Part shown: positions 11,428-23,069 of the stretch, in pieces | How positions within the stretch are numbered: the first letter of the stretch is position 1 | Layout: every line of letters begins with the position of its first letter | NCBI RefSeq assembly: GCF_964213995.1 | Contig: NC_135808.1 | Location: forward strand, 50,654,001-50,718,000 | Direction of reading: 5' to 3' | DNA from: Mustelus asterias | Taxonomy: Eukaryota | DNA length: 64,000 nt | Program-made: the position numbers and the translations under genes | The notes under the pieces: model-generated | What the model was told of the DNA's origin: nothing | Seen by the model: only the letters and a program-made list of their open reading frames with translations | Databases searched by the model: none

Positions 11428-11445
11428 AGTGAGGCAGAGAGCAGA

Positions 11446-11484
11446 GGTTTTTGTACAGCTCCTGCACTGGAAGCTGTCAGTGTG
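11446..11484 (-). promoter_or_regulatory. J recombination signal, 23-bp spacer (cluster 1)
   Basis: GGTTTTTGT (11446-11454) + 23 nt + CAGTGTG (11478-11484; one mismatch to CACTGTG, CAC end intact). Confidence 0.95.
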
Positions 11485-11519
11485 CCTTACGTTCGGTAAA
11501 GGAACCAAACTCAGACTGA
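11485..11519 (+). CDS. IGKJ: Ig light chain J segment, cluster 1 (LTFGKGTKLRL)
   Basis: FGxG motif, preceded by the 23-RSS and followed by donor A|GTAAGT at 11519/11520. Confidence 0.95.
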
Positions 11520-12349
11520 GTAAGTAAAGCCCAATCCTCCGTTATTAACCCTTTCAATGCTGAAACTTTCTCAAACACAAATGCTGAATAGTTGAAGGTG
11601 TTGGTGAGGAAGCTGCAGTCAATGAAATGGTTGATTGAAGAACATTGTGTGGAACAGGGAGCCCAGCTGTATTTCTTTCCTTCCATTCCCCCCTTTAAGC
11701 AGCAAGATATAAGTAAGCAGCTTTTACCCACCGTGTGGAGGAGATCTGGACGTTTGCAGACTGTGCTCACATTCCTGCAGCATGGAGTGAAATCACTCTC
11801 TAGGCTCCTGTCAGTCTCAGTGTGACACACACAGGCAGAGTTTGATGTGAAGTCGGACTCCCTGTCACACTCTCTGATATAACTGGTCACAGCACCAGCA
11901 CAGTGAGACACCGAGGTGCCACCTCCCCCAGCTTTCACTCTGCTCTCTCCACTCCCTGCTTATCTCTTGCTAAAGTTCTGATGACAAACAGCTACAGCAG
12001 GGCCCACAATCCAGTGGCTTCAGTGTTCCAGGCTTTTGGAGAGACTCTCAGTTACTTTCTCTCTGGGACGATTTCAGTCCGATATTTATCCCGGATCCAA
12101 CATCACTGAAAATGCTGATTGTTCTCATTGCTGTGAGTGGGATCTTGCTGTGTACATGTTGTGACCAGTCCTCAGACAAGGTCCCTCGTTTGTTAACTTC
12201 CTGAACTCGATCCCAATTTTGTTTTGCTCCTGGGTGAGGAGTAATCAGCTGGAATCCCGCACTCGATTGGTCTCAACAGGGTTCATTTAAAATGGATCCC
12301 TTCACCCGTGGAAACCTTACACAGTCCACATAGTCCTTTATTAGCCTTT

Positions 12350-12560
12350 GAATCTCTACAGTGCAGAAGGAGGCTATTCAGTCCATCGAATCTGTACCAA
12401 CTCTCTGAAAGAGCTTCTTACCCAGGCTCCCCACCCTATCCCTGTAACCCTGCGCATTTACCATTGCTAATCCACCTAAAGGACACACTAGGGGTAATTT
12501 AGCATGGCCAATCCATCTGACCTGCAGATCTTTGGACTGTGGGAGGAAACTGGACCATCC
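12350..12560 (-). mobile_element. Truncated V-SINE (HE1-like); mirror 47365-47580
   Basis: CCTCCCACAGTCCAAAG...GTTAGGTGGATTGGCCATGCTAAATT core with a CR1-like tail. Confidence 0.75.
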
Positions 12561-12999
12561 GGAGGAATGTCTCAACTCACATTCTGTCACACCCGCACCA
12601 GTACACACAGCTCAGGTGTGCAGTTGGATTTTTAACCCATTTCCCTGTTGTTTCCTGAAAGGTAACAAACAAACATGTCTTTCACCCCAGTGTCAGTTTA
12701 CTTTGAACTCAGACCATTTCCACATTCTGAGGTATAACTCAACAGCAGGTGGGTTTTGAATGTCTGCTGAGATGTGACAATCAGTCTCCATTGTTTCCGT
12801 AACAAAAGGAGATTAAAGTTTAGTCTGAGACATTTTTTCTATCTCCATTTCTATTTCCTGTTTGATGAAATCCCTGACATCTTTCAGGTGTGACATTCCA
12901 TCTTCTCTCAGGACAATCAGTCAAATATAACCCACATCGGAATTTTCCAGAAGCTGGTCACTTTACATTCTCGGCCATCTTGGCTCAGTCATCGTCTCA

Positions 13000-14140
13000 T
13001 AGAAATTTACTGCACAGAAAGAGGCCCTTCAGCCCATCCTGTCTCTGCCGGCCATTAAGCACCCAACTATTCTAATCCCATTTTCCAGCACTTGGTCCAT
13101 AGCCTTGTATGGTTTGGAATTTCAAATGCTCATCTAAATACTTCTTAAATGTTGTGAGGGTTCCTGTATCTACCATTGTTTCAGGCAGTGAGTTCCAGAT
13201 TCCCAACAGCCTCTGAGTGAAAAAGTTTTTCCTCCAATCCCTCAAAATCTTCTGCTTCTGAGATTAAATCTATGCTCCCTGGTTTTTGAATCTGCTGCTA
13301 AAAGGGGAAAAGTTTCTTCATATCTGCTCTATGTCTTCATAATTCTGACCTGCTGCGGTTATACAGGGCCTTGGTGAGGCCGCACTGGGAATATTGTGCG
13401 CAGTTTTGGTCTCCCTATCTCAGGAAAGATATTTTTGCTCCAGAGGGAGTGCAGAGAAGGTATCCCAGACTGATTCCTGTTATAATGGGACTGATGAATG
13501 AGGAGACATTGAGTTGGTTAAGACTTATATTCACTGGAGTTCAGAGTCAACTCATGGAGACCTATAAAATTCTAACAGGTGAGGGGGATTAGTGAGGTAA
13601 ATACATGGGGTTATGGGGTAAGAGTCGATGCAGACTCGATGGACCGAATGGCCTCTGCCTGCACTTTAGGGATTCTATTGTCCATGTCTGTGCCGGCCAC
13701 CAAGCACCTATCTATTCCAATCCCATTTTCCAGCACTTGGTCCGTTGCCTTGTTTGCTTTGGAATTTCAAGCGCTTATCTAAATGTTTCTTAAATGTTGT
13801 GAGTGCTCCCACCTCCACCACCCTTTCAGGCAGTGAGTTCCAGATTCCCAGCACCCTCTGGGTGAAAAGATTTCCCTCAAGTCCCTCAAAATCTGCTGCC
13901 TCTGTGATTAAGGGGAAAAGTTTCCTCATATCTACCCTATCTCTGTCCCTCGTAATTCTGTCTTTCTGCAGTTATACAGGACCTTGGTGAGGCCACACTG
14001 GGAATAATGTGTACAGTTTTACTCTCCTTATCTGAGGAAGGACGTTTTTGCGACAGAGGGAGTGCAGCAAAGGTTTACTGGAATGATTTCTGCGATAGTG
14101 GGATTGATGTAGGAGGAGAGATTGTGTTGGTTAAGATTAT
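13000..14140. mobile_element. Nest of old CR1 3' fragments in the J-C intron, shared with 45780-46930
   Basis: VRPHWEYCAQFWSPYL and TQRVLGIWNSLP fragments in both orientations. Confidence 0.75.
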
Positions 14141-14144
14141 ATTT

Positions 14145-14452
14145 TTTTAAAGTTTATTTATTAGTCACAAATAGGCTTACATTTACACTGCAATGAAGTC
14201 ACTGTGAAAATCCCCATGTGGCCACATTCCGGTGCCTGTTCGGGGATACTGAGGGAGTATTTAGCGTGGCCAATTCACCTAACCTGCACACCTTTTGGAC
14301 TGTGAGAGGAATCTGGAGCACCTGGAGGAAACCCACACAGACATGGAGAGAATGTGCAAACTCCATTCAGACAGTGACCCAAGCTGGCAATTGAACCTGG
14401 GTCCCTGGCACTGTGAGGCAGCAGTGCTAACCACTGTGCCACCGTGCTGCCC
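14145..14452 (-). mobile_element. tRNA-derived V-SINE (HE1-like); mirror 45505-45775
   Basis: GGCAGCACGGTGGCACAGTGGTTAGCAC A box, GGTTCAATT B box, GGAGTTTGCAC V-domain. Confidence 0.88.
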
Positions 14453-14483
14453 CCACTGCAGTTCAGAAGAATGAGGGGGGAAT

Positions 14484-15575
14484 CAACAAAGAACAAAGAA
14501 CAGTACAGCACAGGAAACAGGCCCTTCGGCCCTCCAAGCCTGTGCCGCTCCTTGGTCCAACTCGACCAATCGTTTGTATCCCTCCATTCCCAGGCTGCTC
14601 ATGTGACTATCCAGGTAAGTCTTAAACGATGTCAGCGTGCCTGCCTCCACCACCCTACTTGGCAGCGCATTCCAGGCCCCCACCACCCTCTGTGTAAAAA
14701 ACCTCCCTCTGATGTCTGAGTTATACTTCGCCCCTCTCAGCTTGAGCCCGTGACCCCTCGTGATCGTCACCTCCGACCTGGGAAAAAGCTTCCCACTGTT
14801 CACCCTATCTATACCCTTCATAATCTTGTACACCTCTATTAGATCTCCCCTCATTCTCCGTCTTTCCAAGGAGAACAACCCCAGTCTACCCAATCTCTCC
14901 TCATAGCTAAGACCCTCCATACCAGGCAACATCCTGGTAAACCTTCTCTGCACTCTCTCTAACGCCTCCACATCCTTCTGGTAGTGCGGCGACCAGAACT
15001 GGACGCAGTACTCCAAATGTGGCCTAACCAGCGTTTTATACAGCTGCATCATCGGACTCCAGCTTTTATACTCTATACCCCGTCCTATAAAGGCAAGCAT
15101 ACCATATGCCTTCTTCACCACCTTCTCCACCTGTGTTGCCACCTTCAAGGATTTGTGGACTTGCACACCTAGGTCCCTCTGTGTTTCTATACTCCTGATG
15201 ACTCTGCCATTTATTGTATAACGCCTCCCTACATTATTTCTTCCAAAATGCATCACTTCGCATTTATCCAGATTAAACTCCATCTGCCACCTCTCCGCCC
15301 AATTTTCCAGCCTATTTATATCCTGCTGTATTGCCCGACAATGCTCTTCGCTATCCGCAATTCCAGCCATCTTCGTGTCATCCGTAAACTTGCTGATTAC
15401 ACCAGTTACACCTTCTTCCAAATCATTTATATATATCACAAATAGCAGAGGTCCCAGTACAGAGCCCTGCGGAACACCACTGGTCACAGACCTCCAGCCG
15501 GGAAAAGACCCTTCGACCACTACCCTCTGTCTCCTATGGCTAAGCCAGTTCTCCACCCATCTAGCCACTTCTCCT
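14484..15575 (-). mobile_element. Young 5'-truncated CR1 in the cluster 1 J-C intron
   Basis: Intact RT C-terminal frame (ORF 14483-15754) and GTTCTTT tail; not present in cluster 2. Confidence 0.92.
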
Positions 15576-16068
15576 TGAGACGTGTATTGTCTCCAGACAG
15601 GACAGCGAGTGAGATTTTGCACATCCAGGCAGGTTGTGGGGGTTACAGATAGTGTGACATGAACCCAAGTTCCCGGTTGAGGCCGTCCCCATGCGTGCGG
15701 AACCTGGCTATCATTTTGGCAAATCCCAGTTTCGTGAAATTGGCCTTTTCCCAATTTAAAATGTTTACTCTCAATCGCTCTTTCCCCTTTTCCATAACAA
15801 CTCTAAATCTAACTGTATTATGATCACTATTACCCAAATGCTCTCCCACTGATACACCTTCCACAAGCCGAGATTCATTCTATAAAACTGCCCAAAACTG
15901 CCCCTTCTCTTGTTGGGATTGTTCCGTGCTGGTTAAAAAAATTCCCCCGGAATGGATTTGCAGAATTGTGTAACGTTGAAACATTGACACTGATTTGATC
16001 CCAGTCAATATTCGGGAAGTTGAAAGCCTGAAATGGCAGTGATTAAAATTCCTTCTCTTCTCTTTCAG

Positions 16069-16397
16069 CCCGTGAGAATTCACAACCCACGCTGACCCTG
16101 CTGCCCCCCTCCCCGGAGGAGGTCAAGACCAAGGGCACTGCCACCCTGGTGTGCCTTGCCGATCACTTCTATCCCGATCAGGTGGAGGTGAAATGGAAGA
16201 AGGATGGTGCAGCCATTTCCAACGGGGTTCAGACCAGCAACTACCTGCGAGCTTCAGACAACACCTACAGCGTCAGCAGCCTGCTGACCCTCTCTGGCTC
16301 CGACTGGGAGTCCAACGCCCGCTTCTCCTGTGCCCTCACCCACGTGAGCCTCTCCTCTCCCCTCAGCAAGAGCGTCAGGAGATCAGAATGTGCCTAG
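16069..16397 (+). CDS. IGKC: Ig kappa-type light chain constant exon, cluster 1
   Basis: Polypyrimidine acceptor TCTCTTTCAG| at 16068; phase matches J; (T)RENSQPTLTLLPPSPEEVKTKGTATLVCLADHFYPD...WKKDG...YSVSSLL...FSCALTH...SECA*; C1-set Ig domain with penultimate Cys. Confidence 0.96.
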
Positions 16398-16671
16398 AGT
16401 GTTAGAGACAGTCCACAGAGGAGACACAACATGGAATAGAACAGGGGTGAGCTGGGAGGGCAAAGGTCATTGTCAGCACTGAGTTACAACTCTCTTCCTT
16501 CTCGGGACTGAGTCTGAGACACTTCTGAGGGTCAGAGGTTAAAGCACGTTATTGGGATAGTGTAGAGGGAGCTTTACTCTATATCTAACCCCGTGCTGTT
16601 CCTGTCCTGACAGTGTCGACTCGTGATAACAAGTATAACCTCTGGAAGATGCTGAAGAGTGTCAGCTGTAC

Positions 16672-16902
16672 AATAAAAATGTGACCCTGTGAAGTGTCTG
16701 CTTCAGTAAACCAGACCTCCTTCCTGCTCACCCTGCAGTTACAATTGAAGCTTTAGTCACTGTTTAAAGGGACAGGATTCTCATGTTATTGAGAAAATCT
16801 CCACAAGTGTTTTAATAAACCTCCATTCTCCCTGTGAATTTCTCCAGCTTCCTCTGGCTGGGCTGTTTTTTCTGTCAATGTCAATGTGTAAAAGGTAATA
16901 AA
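16672..16902 (+). terminator. Candidate polyadenylation signals, cluster 1
   Basis: AATAAA at 16672, 16814 and 16897; the last is followed by a GT/T-rich stretch; the distal two are conserved in cluster 2. Confidence 0.6.
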
Positions 16903-18239
16903 CATTAAGAATATTCCGTTTCTGTCTGGTGAGTGCTTTGGAAATGTCCCACCTCCCCATCAGCTGATTGGCTGCATTTCACCAAATGATTGTCCGGATT
17001 GGCTGCTTGGCCTGTCAATCAAAGACACATCTGCAGAAGATTGGATTCAAAGCCAATGATCATTCATTTGAAAATGATCAGTTTGATCTGGAATCTCTTG
17101 AGTGACAAGATTGAAAACAGAGAAGAAACTGAAAGTTGCTGGGATTAAACCATCACAATCACAATTCTCCACCCCATATTCACCACCTGCCTCTTGACCT
17201 TAACCATCTCACGTGGTCTCACTGCTCCCATAGTTTCAATCAGAGATAAGACCATCTCTGATTACTTCCTTGTATCACTCCCCAGCCACATCCCCCTTCC
17301 ACACCCCCAACCCTACCCCCTTCTGTATCCATCCCTGCAAAAACCTATTCCCCAATTCACTTACAACGCACTTTCCAAATTCCAACTATCTTAAATTTCA
17401 TTTTACCAGAAGCCAGTTGATTCTCAGACTAGCTGAGCAGAGAGACAACCCCTTTGTTTCTCCACACCCAACTCTTCCAGCTGTGTCCATTGATCATTGA
17501 GCCAATGATCATCACTTGTCTTTATCAATCTAATTGGATGAACAATATAAATATCAAAGGTTGCAATTGCTAGCGCATTGACAAGGGCTGAGTTGGTGAA
17601 AATGCCAGTTTGGAAACAGGGAGGGATGGGAGCACAGTAAGAATGTTACAGGACTGTTAATCCTGAGGGTTTTTCTGGGAGGTATGGGTTCAAATCCCAT
17701 TATGGCACTGGGAGGAATTTGAATTCTTTCCATTTCAGGATACTGGTGTTCGACAAGGCAATATGCTGTGGTCCTCAAACTGTTGAGAAAGTGTAATATC
17801 TTCAGCCCGCTTTCTTTAAAGAGAACACATTTAAATGAACCAAAACCATCATAAATCCTGCATTGACACAAAGCAAAACATGTCTTTTTCCTTTATAACA
17901 TCCCAACATAATTTGTAATTTCTAGGAACAGACATGTTTATCTGTAAAGCAGTTTGATAATTAGTGACTTGTGTTAAGTCTTTGTATCTTTGAGATCTCC
18001 CTTCTCTTGAACATTGTGTTTCTGTGAACGAAATCTATTCTTGGCCTTTTTCAGCTGCATTATCTTGGAGAGGACATTATCCCACAGAGATCACTGAGTG
18101 CTTTTCACAACTCTTTTACTCTTCTTGGATTCTCAAACTAAAGTGTAACATTTCGTATTCTTTCCCACCAAGAATCTGATGAACCCTGCGCTGCTCAAAA
18201 ACCGACCCAGAAGATTGGCATATGAAGCATCACTAAATC

Positions 18240-19560
18240 TTACATAGAAACATGGAAACTAGGAGGAGGAGGGGGCCATTCGGCCCTTCGAGCCTGCTCC
18301 ACCATTCATTATGATCATGGCTGATCATCCAACTCAACAGCCTTCCCCTGTGTATCCTTTGATTCCCCCTCCAACTCAAATGCTTTATCTAACTGAACCA
18401 GGAACAATACAGCACAGGAACAGGCCCTTCAGCCCACCAAGCCTGCGCCGATCACATTGTCCTATCTAGACCAAGCCCCTATATCCCTCTATACCCCACC
18501 TGTTCATGTTTCTATCTAGGAAAGTATTAAATATCGCTAACGTAACTGCCTTAACCATCTCACTTGGCAGTGCATTCCAGGCCACCACCACCCTCTGTGT
18601 AAAAATACTTCCCCTGCACATCTCTACTGAACCTTTCCCCCCTGACCCTGAACTTGTGCCCCTTGTAATTGTCATTTCTACCCAGGGAAAAAGCTTCCAA
18701 CTCTTCACCTTATCTATGCCCCTCATTATTGTATAAACTTCTATCAGGTCCCCCTCAACCTCCATCTTTCCTGGGAGAACAGTCCCAGTTTATTCAATCT
18801 CTCCTCAAAGCTAATGCCCTCCATACCAGGCAACATACTGGTAAACCTTGTCTGTCCTCCCCCGAAAGCCACCATGAACTTCCAGTAGTGTGGCAACCAG
18901 AATTGAACAGAGTATTCCCAATGTGACCTAACCAACATTTTCTATAACTGGAACATAATTTGCCAACTTTTATCCTCGATGCCCCAGCCGATGAAGGCAA
19001 GCACGTCATATGCTTTCTTCATCAGATTTCCACCTGTGCTGCCACTTTTAAGGATCTGTGGACCTGTACTCCCAGATCTCTCTGTGTGTCTCTGCTCCTG
19101 ATGGTTCTGCCATTTATTTTATAGCTCCCACCTGAATTGCATCTACCAAAATGCATCATCTTGCATTGGGCTGGATTAAATTCTACCTGTCAATTCTCCA
19201 CCCAATTTTCCAGCCTATCTGTATCCTGCTGTTTTCTCTGACAATCTTCATCACTATCCGCAACTCCAGCAATCTTAATATCATCAGCAAACTTGTTAAT
19301 CAGACCAACTATATTTTCTTGCAAGTCACTTGTATATATTACAAACAATAGAAGTCCCAGCACTAATCCCTGTTCAAGACCACTAGTTACAGACTGCTTC
19401 TTGAAAGCATGCAACGTTTTGGCCTCAACTGCTTTCTGTGGTAGCAAATTCCACAGGCTGACCACGCTCTGGGTGAAGAAATTTCTCCTCATCTCTGTCC
19501 TAAACGCTCCATCCTTAATCCACAGACTATAAGCCCTGGTTCTAGACACCATCGGGTATA
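18240..19560 (-). mobile_element. Nested degenerate CR1 fragments
   Basis: ORFs 18466-18765, 18744-18938 and 19190-19552 with CR1 RT motifs; two different tails. Confidence 0.8.
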
Positions 19561-20145
19561 TCCTTCCTGCATCTTACCAATCTCATATCATCTGGTTCAC
19601 CCAGGGTTGGGAACTTGAGTGTGCATTTCGCCAAGTTTAGTTCCTTCAATGTTTTGTTTGCTCTCAGAGCTTCCCCTCTCTCCTGCCATGCTTCATCATG
19701 TACTCTGCTCCAACACCTCACAACTGGCATCAGGTCTGGTCTGAGTACACAACCAGGTCAACTGTCCAATCAAACTTCTCCAAGGATCCGTTTCTTCCTT
19801 GGACACTGGATCCTCTTTTTGTGAGGATCTGACCCGATTTATTGGATGGGATTATCATTTCCCAAATGATTGTCGGTTCAATGTCACACCTGACTTCTTT
19901 TGCTTCATGTTTTAACCGATGTGTTTAAAATCTCCTGAAGCCTGGCTTCCAACCTGGAATTCCTTCTTGATTTCATTGATTATCCATTGATCAAATTCAA
20001 CAAAACCTCCCCACAGAAAATCACCCACATTGATGATAAAGATTCCTGCTGCTCTCTCCTTGTGACACCAATAGAACATCGCAGAGTCTGCTTTCATCTG
20101 GAAACAACCCATTTTCAACAGGGCCGACCTCAGAGAGAAATACCA

Positions 20146-20965
20146 AGAACAAAGAAATTACATCACAGGAACAGGCCCTTCAACCCTCCAAGCCCGCACC
20201 GACCATGCTGCCCGACTTAACTAAAACCCCTCCCCTTCCGGGGACCATATCCCTCTATTCCCATCCTATTCATGTACTTGTCAAGACGCCCCTTAAAAGT
20301 CACTACCATATCCGCTTCCACTCCCTCCCCCGGCAACGGGTTCCAGGCACCCACCACTCACTGTGTAAAAAATCTGCTTCGTACATCTCCTTTAAACCTT
20401 GCCCCTCGCACTTTAAACCTGAGTATTTTACTCTTTTATCCTGGGAAAAACCTTCTGAATATCAACTCTGTCCATGCCTCTCATAATCTTGTAGACTTCT
20501 ATCAGGTCTCCCCTCAACCTCCGTCGCTCCATGAGAGCAAACCAAGTTTCTCCAACCTCTCCTCATAGCTAATGCCCTCCATACCAGGCAACATCCTGGT
20601 AAATCTTTTCTGTATCCTCTCCAAAGCCTCCACATCCTTCTGGTGGTGTGGCAACCAGAATTAAACATGAAATTCCAAGTGCGACCTCACTAAGGTTCTA
20701 TAAAGCTGCAACATGACTTGCCAATTTTTTAACTCAATACCCCGGCCGATGAAGGCAAGCATGCCGTATGCCTTCTTGATTACCTTCTCCACCTGCATTG
20801 CCACTTTCAGTGACCTGTGTACCTGTACACCCAGATCCCTTTGCCTATCAATACTCTTAAGGGTTCTGCCATTTACTGTATATTTCCTATCTGTATTAGA
20901 CCTTCCAAAATGCATTACCTCACATTTGTCCGGATTAAACTCCAACTGCCATCTCATATTCATAA
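20146..20965 (-). mobile_element. CR1 3' fragment
   Basis: ORF 20661-20963 (EFNPDKCEVMHFG) and CR1 tail. Confidence 0.85.
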
Positions 20966-21149
20966 TGCGGACGACACAAAGGTTGGTGGATTTGTGGATA
21001 GTTCATAATCCCCTATTCATAATACATCATTCAATCCATAAACACCTGTTTAATTTCACAATTTTCTTTCTCGTTAACAGGCTTCTTTAGATGCTTCAAA
21101 ATATTTCCCTTTGAAATTTCTCACCCCACAAAAATGCTGCATTTAAATC

Positions 21150-21505
21150 TTAGAATCCCTACAGTGCAGAAAGAGGCCATTCAGCCCATTGAGTCTGCAC
21201 TGACTCTCCGAAAGAGCATCTTATCCAGGCCCACCCCTCTAACCCTATCCCCATAACCCCATACATTTACTATGGCTAAATGACCAAACCTGCACATCTT
21301 TGGACACCAAGGGCAATTTAGCATGACCAATCCACCAAACCTGCATATTTTCGGACTGTGGGAGGAAACCAGAGCATCCGGGGGAAATCCACGCAGACAT
21401 AGGAAGAACGTGCAAACTTCGCACAGAGGGTGACCCAAGACCGGAATGGAACCCAGGTCCCTGGCGCTGTGAGGCACCAGTGCAAACCAATGTGCCACAG
21501 TCCCA
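21150..21505 (-). mobile_element. V-SINE (HE1-like)
   Basis: tRNA-like head, V-domain, CR1-like tail. Confidence 0.85.
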
Positions 21506-22253
21506 TCTCAATCTGCACTTCCAGGAGTATGTCACTAAAGTGGCGAAAAATATCTTCAAGCTTACTTTCCCGACAGTTGGGGATTCCACCCTGAGAATTT
21601 GATCCACAAGTCTCTCCTCAAATTCCCGAGTTCCCAGTCTAGCTTTAGCCTTTCAAGTGTTGTTAGGGAGAGATGTTTCTGTACATATCCACTGTGAGTC
21701 AAGTCTGACTGTCTCCTATCTGATATTTTAGTGGAAACTTCAAATTCTCTCCAACTCCTTTTGTTTTGCTTCCTTTATCAACTTATCTTTCAATTGATTA
21801 GCAACTATTAAAACCTTTCTATACGGAAGGCTTCTGCTTCTGGTGACATTCAAACTTAATCCACAGTTCCTTTTCTTATCATGCTCTGACCTCTACTCTT
21901 CCCCTCTCTCTATCTGGCACATATAGGCAATTCTGTGGATGCGAAAGAGACTCCAGGATGGTATGTTGCCTCACTGGTGCCAGGGTCCAGGATATCTTTG
22001 AACGGGCAGGGAGCATTCTGAAGGAGGAGGCTGAACAACCAGAGGTCGTGGTACATATTGTAACTGACGACATAGGTAGTGACATAGTCACGATGACTAT
22101 GGGTCAAATCATCTTTCCCACATGTGATCAGATTCCTGATTCCAAGTTCATGATCTTTTCCTGGGATCACGACCTCTTTCTGTTTCAGAACTTACAGTGA
22201 GCTTCCTGGCTTTTCCCATCCTGACCTTATTTCCCAATCCACTGCCCGGATTT

Positions 22254-22680
22254 AGAACAAAGAACAAAAGAAAATTACAGCACAGGAACAGACTCTTCGG
22301 CCCTCCAAGCCTGCACCGACCATGCTGCCGTCTGAACTAAAACCCCCTACCCTTCTTGGGACCATATCCCTCTATTCCCATTCTATTCATGTATTTGTCA
22401 AGACCCTTAAAAGTCACTATCGTATCTGCTTCCACTCCATCCCCCAGTAGCGAGTTCCAGGCATCCACCACCCTCTGTTTAAAAAAAGTTGCCTCGAACA
22501 TCTCCTTTAAACCTTGCCCCTTGCACCTTAAACCTATGCCCCCTAGTAATTGACACTTCCACCTTGGGAAAAAGCTTCTGACTAATCATTCTGCCCATGC
22601 CCCTCATAATCTTGTAGACTTCTATCAGGTCGCCCTCAACCTCTGTCGTTCCAATGAGAACAAACCACGGTCCTCCAATC
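22254..22680 (-). mobile_element. CR1 3' fragment
   Basis: GTTCTTT tail at 22254-22270 and RT C-terminal remnant. Confidence 0.8.
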
Positions 22681-23069
22681 CAAGCTCGAAGTTCATCTGC
22701 CTTACCCGTTACACATCTCGCATTGAAACAAATGCTCTTCAGTTCACCAGACCCTCTTTGATCAGCAACCCCACCCTGCCCCCTCTTTCACTGAGTCTCA
22801 CTGGCCCGACTCTCTCATTCCCCTTCGGTCAATTCACCTTTGCTTCAGTACCCCCCCCCCCCCCAGCCCCCCCCCCCCCGCCCCCCCCCCCCCCCCGCCC
22901 CCCCCACCCACCCCCCCTCCCACGTGGCACTCGCAAACCTACAGGCCAGAATATTTACACCCCTCCAGTTTAGACGCAACCCGTCCTTCTTGTACTGGTC
23001 ACACCTGTCCTGGAAGAGATCCCAATGGTCCAGATATCTGAAACTCTCCCTCCTACACCAGCTGTTCAG

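Larger units (their letters stand above)
2234..17491 (+). repeat. Left arm of inverted segmental duplication (IgL cluster 1 unit)
   Basis: Colinear reverse-complement homology to 41162-57281; outer edge CTTTGTGATGTGGAGGA at 2234 pairs with 57281, inner edge CAGCTGTGTCCATT at 17491 pairs with 41162; many mirrored ORFs in the track. Confidence 0.92.
19590..21870 (-). mobile_element. Degenerate Ty1/copia RT relic, interrupted by a CR1 and a SINE
   Basis: Minus-strand pieces KARLGTREFEE...ESPTVGK, AAFLWGE..REI, YGLND, DSAMFYW...GIFIINVGDFLWGG, in copia RT motif order. Confidence 0.7.

Noticed and set aside
11073-11508. ORFs containing X runs (also 48424-48779)
   Set aside because: Artifacts of the assembly gaps
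9724-11519. Germline-joined VJ, known in some shark light-chain clusters
   Set aside because: Both clusters are split, with intact RSSs
11477-11938. 153-aa antisense ORF open in both clusters (also 47994-48455)
   Set aside because: Non-ATG start and no recognisable domain; conservation is explained by near-identity of the arms here
14380-14452. tRNA genes (also near 21430-21505 and 55050-55120)
   Set aside because: A/B boxes belong to V-SINE heads; no full cloverleaf
22840-23069. Proline-rich N-terminus of the 621-aa ORF
   Set aside because: Chance fusion of a poly-C tract and antisense CR1 ORF1 to an inserted CR1 RT
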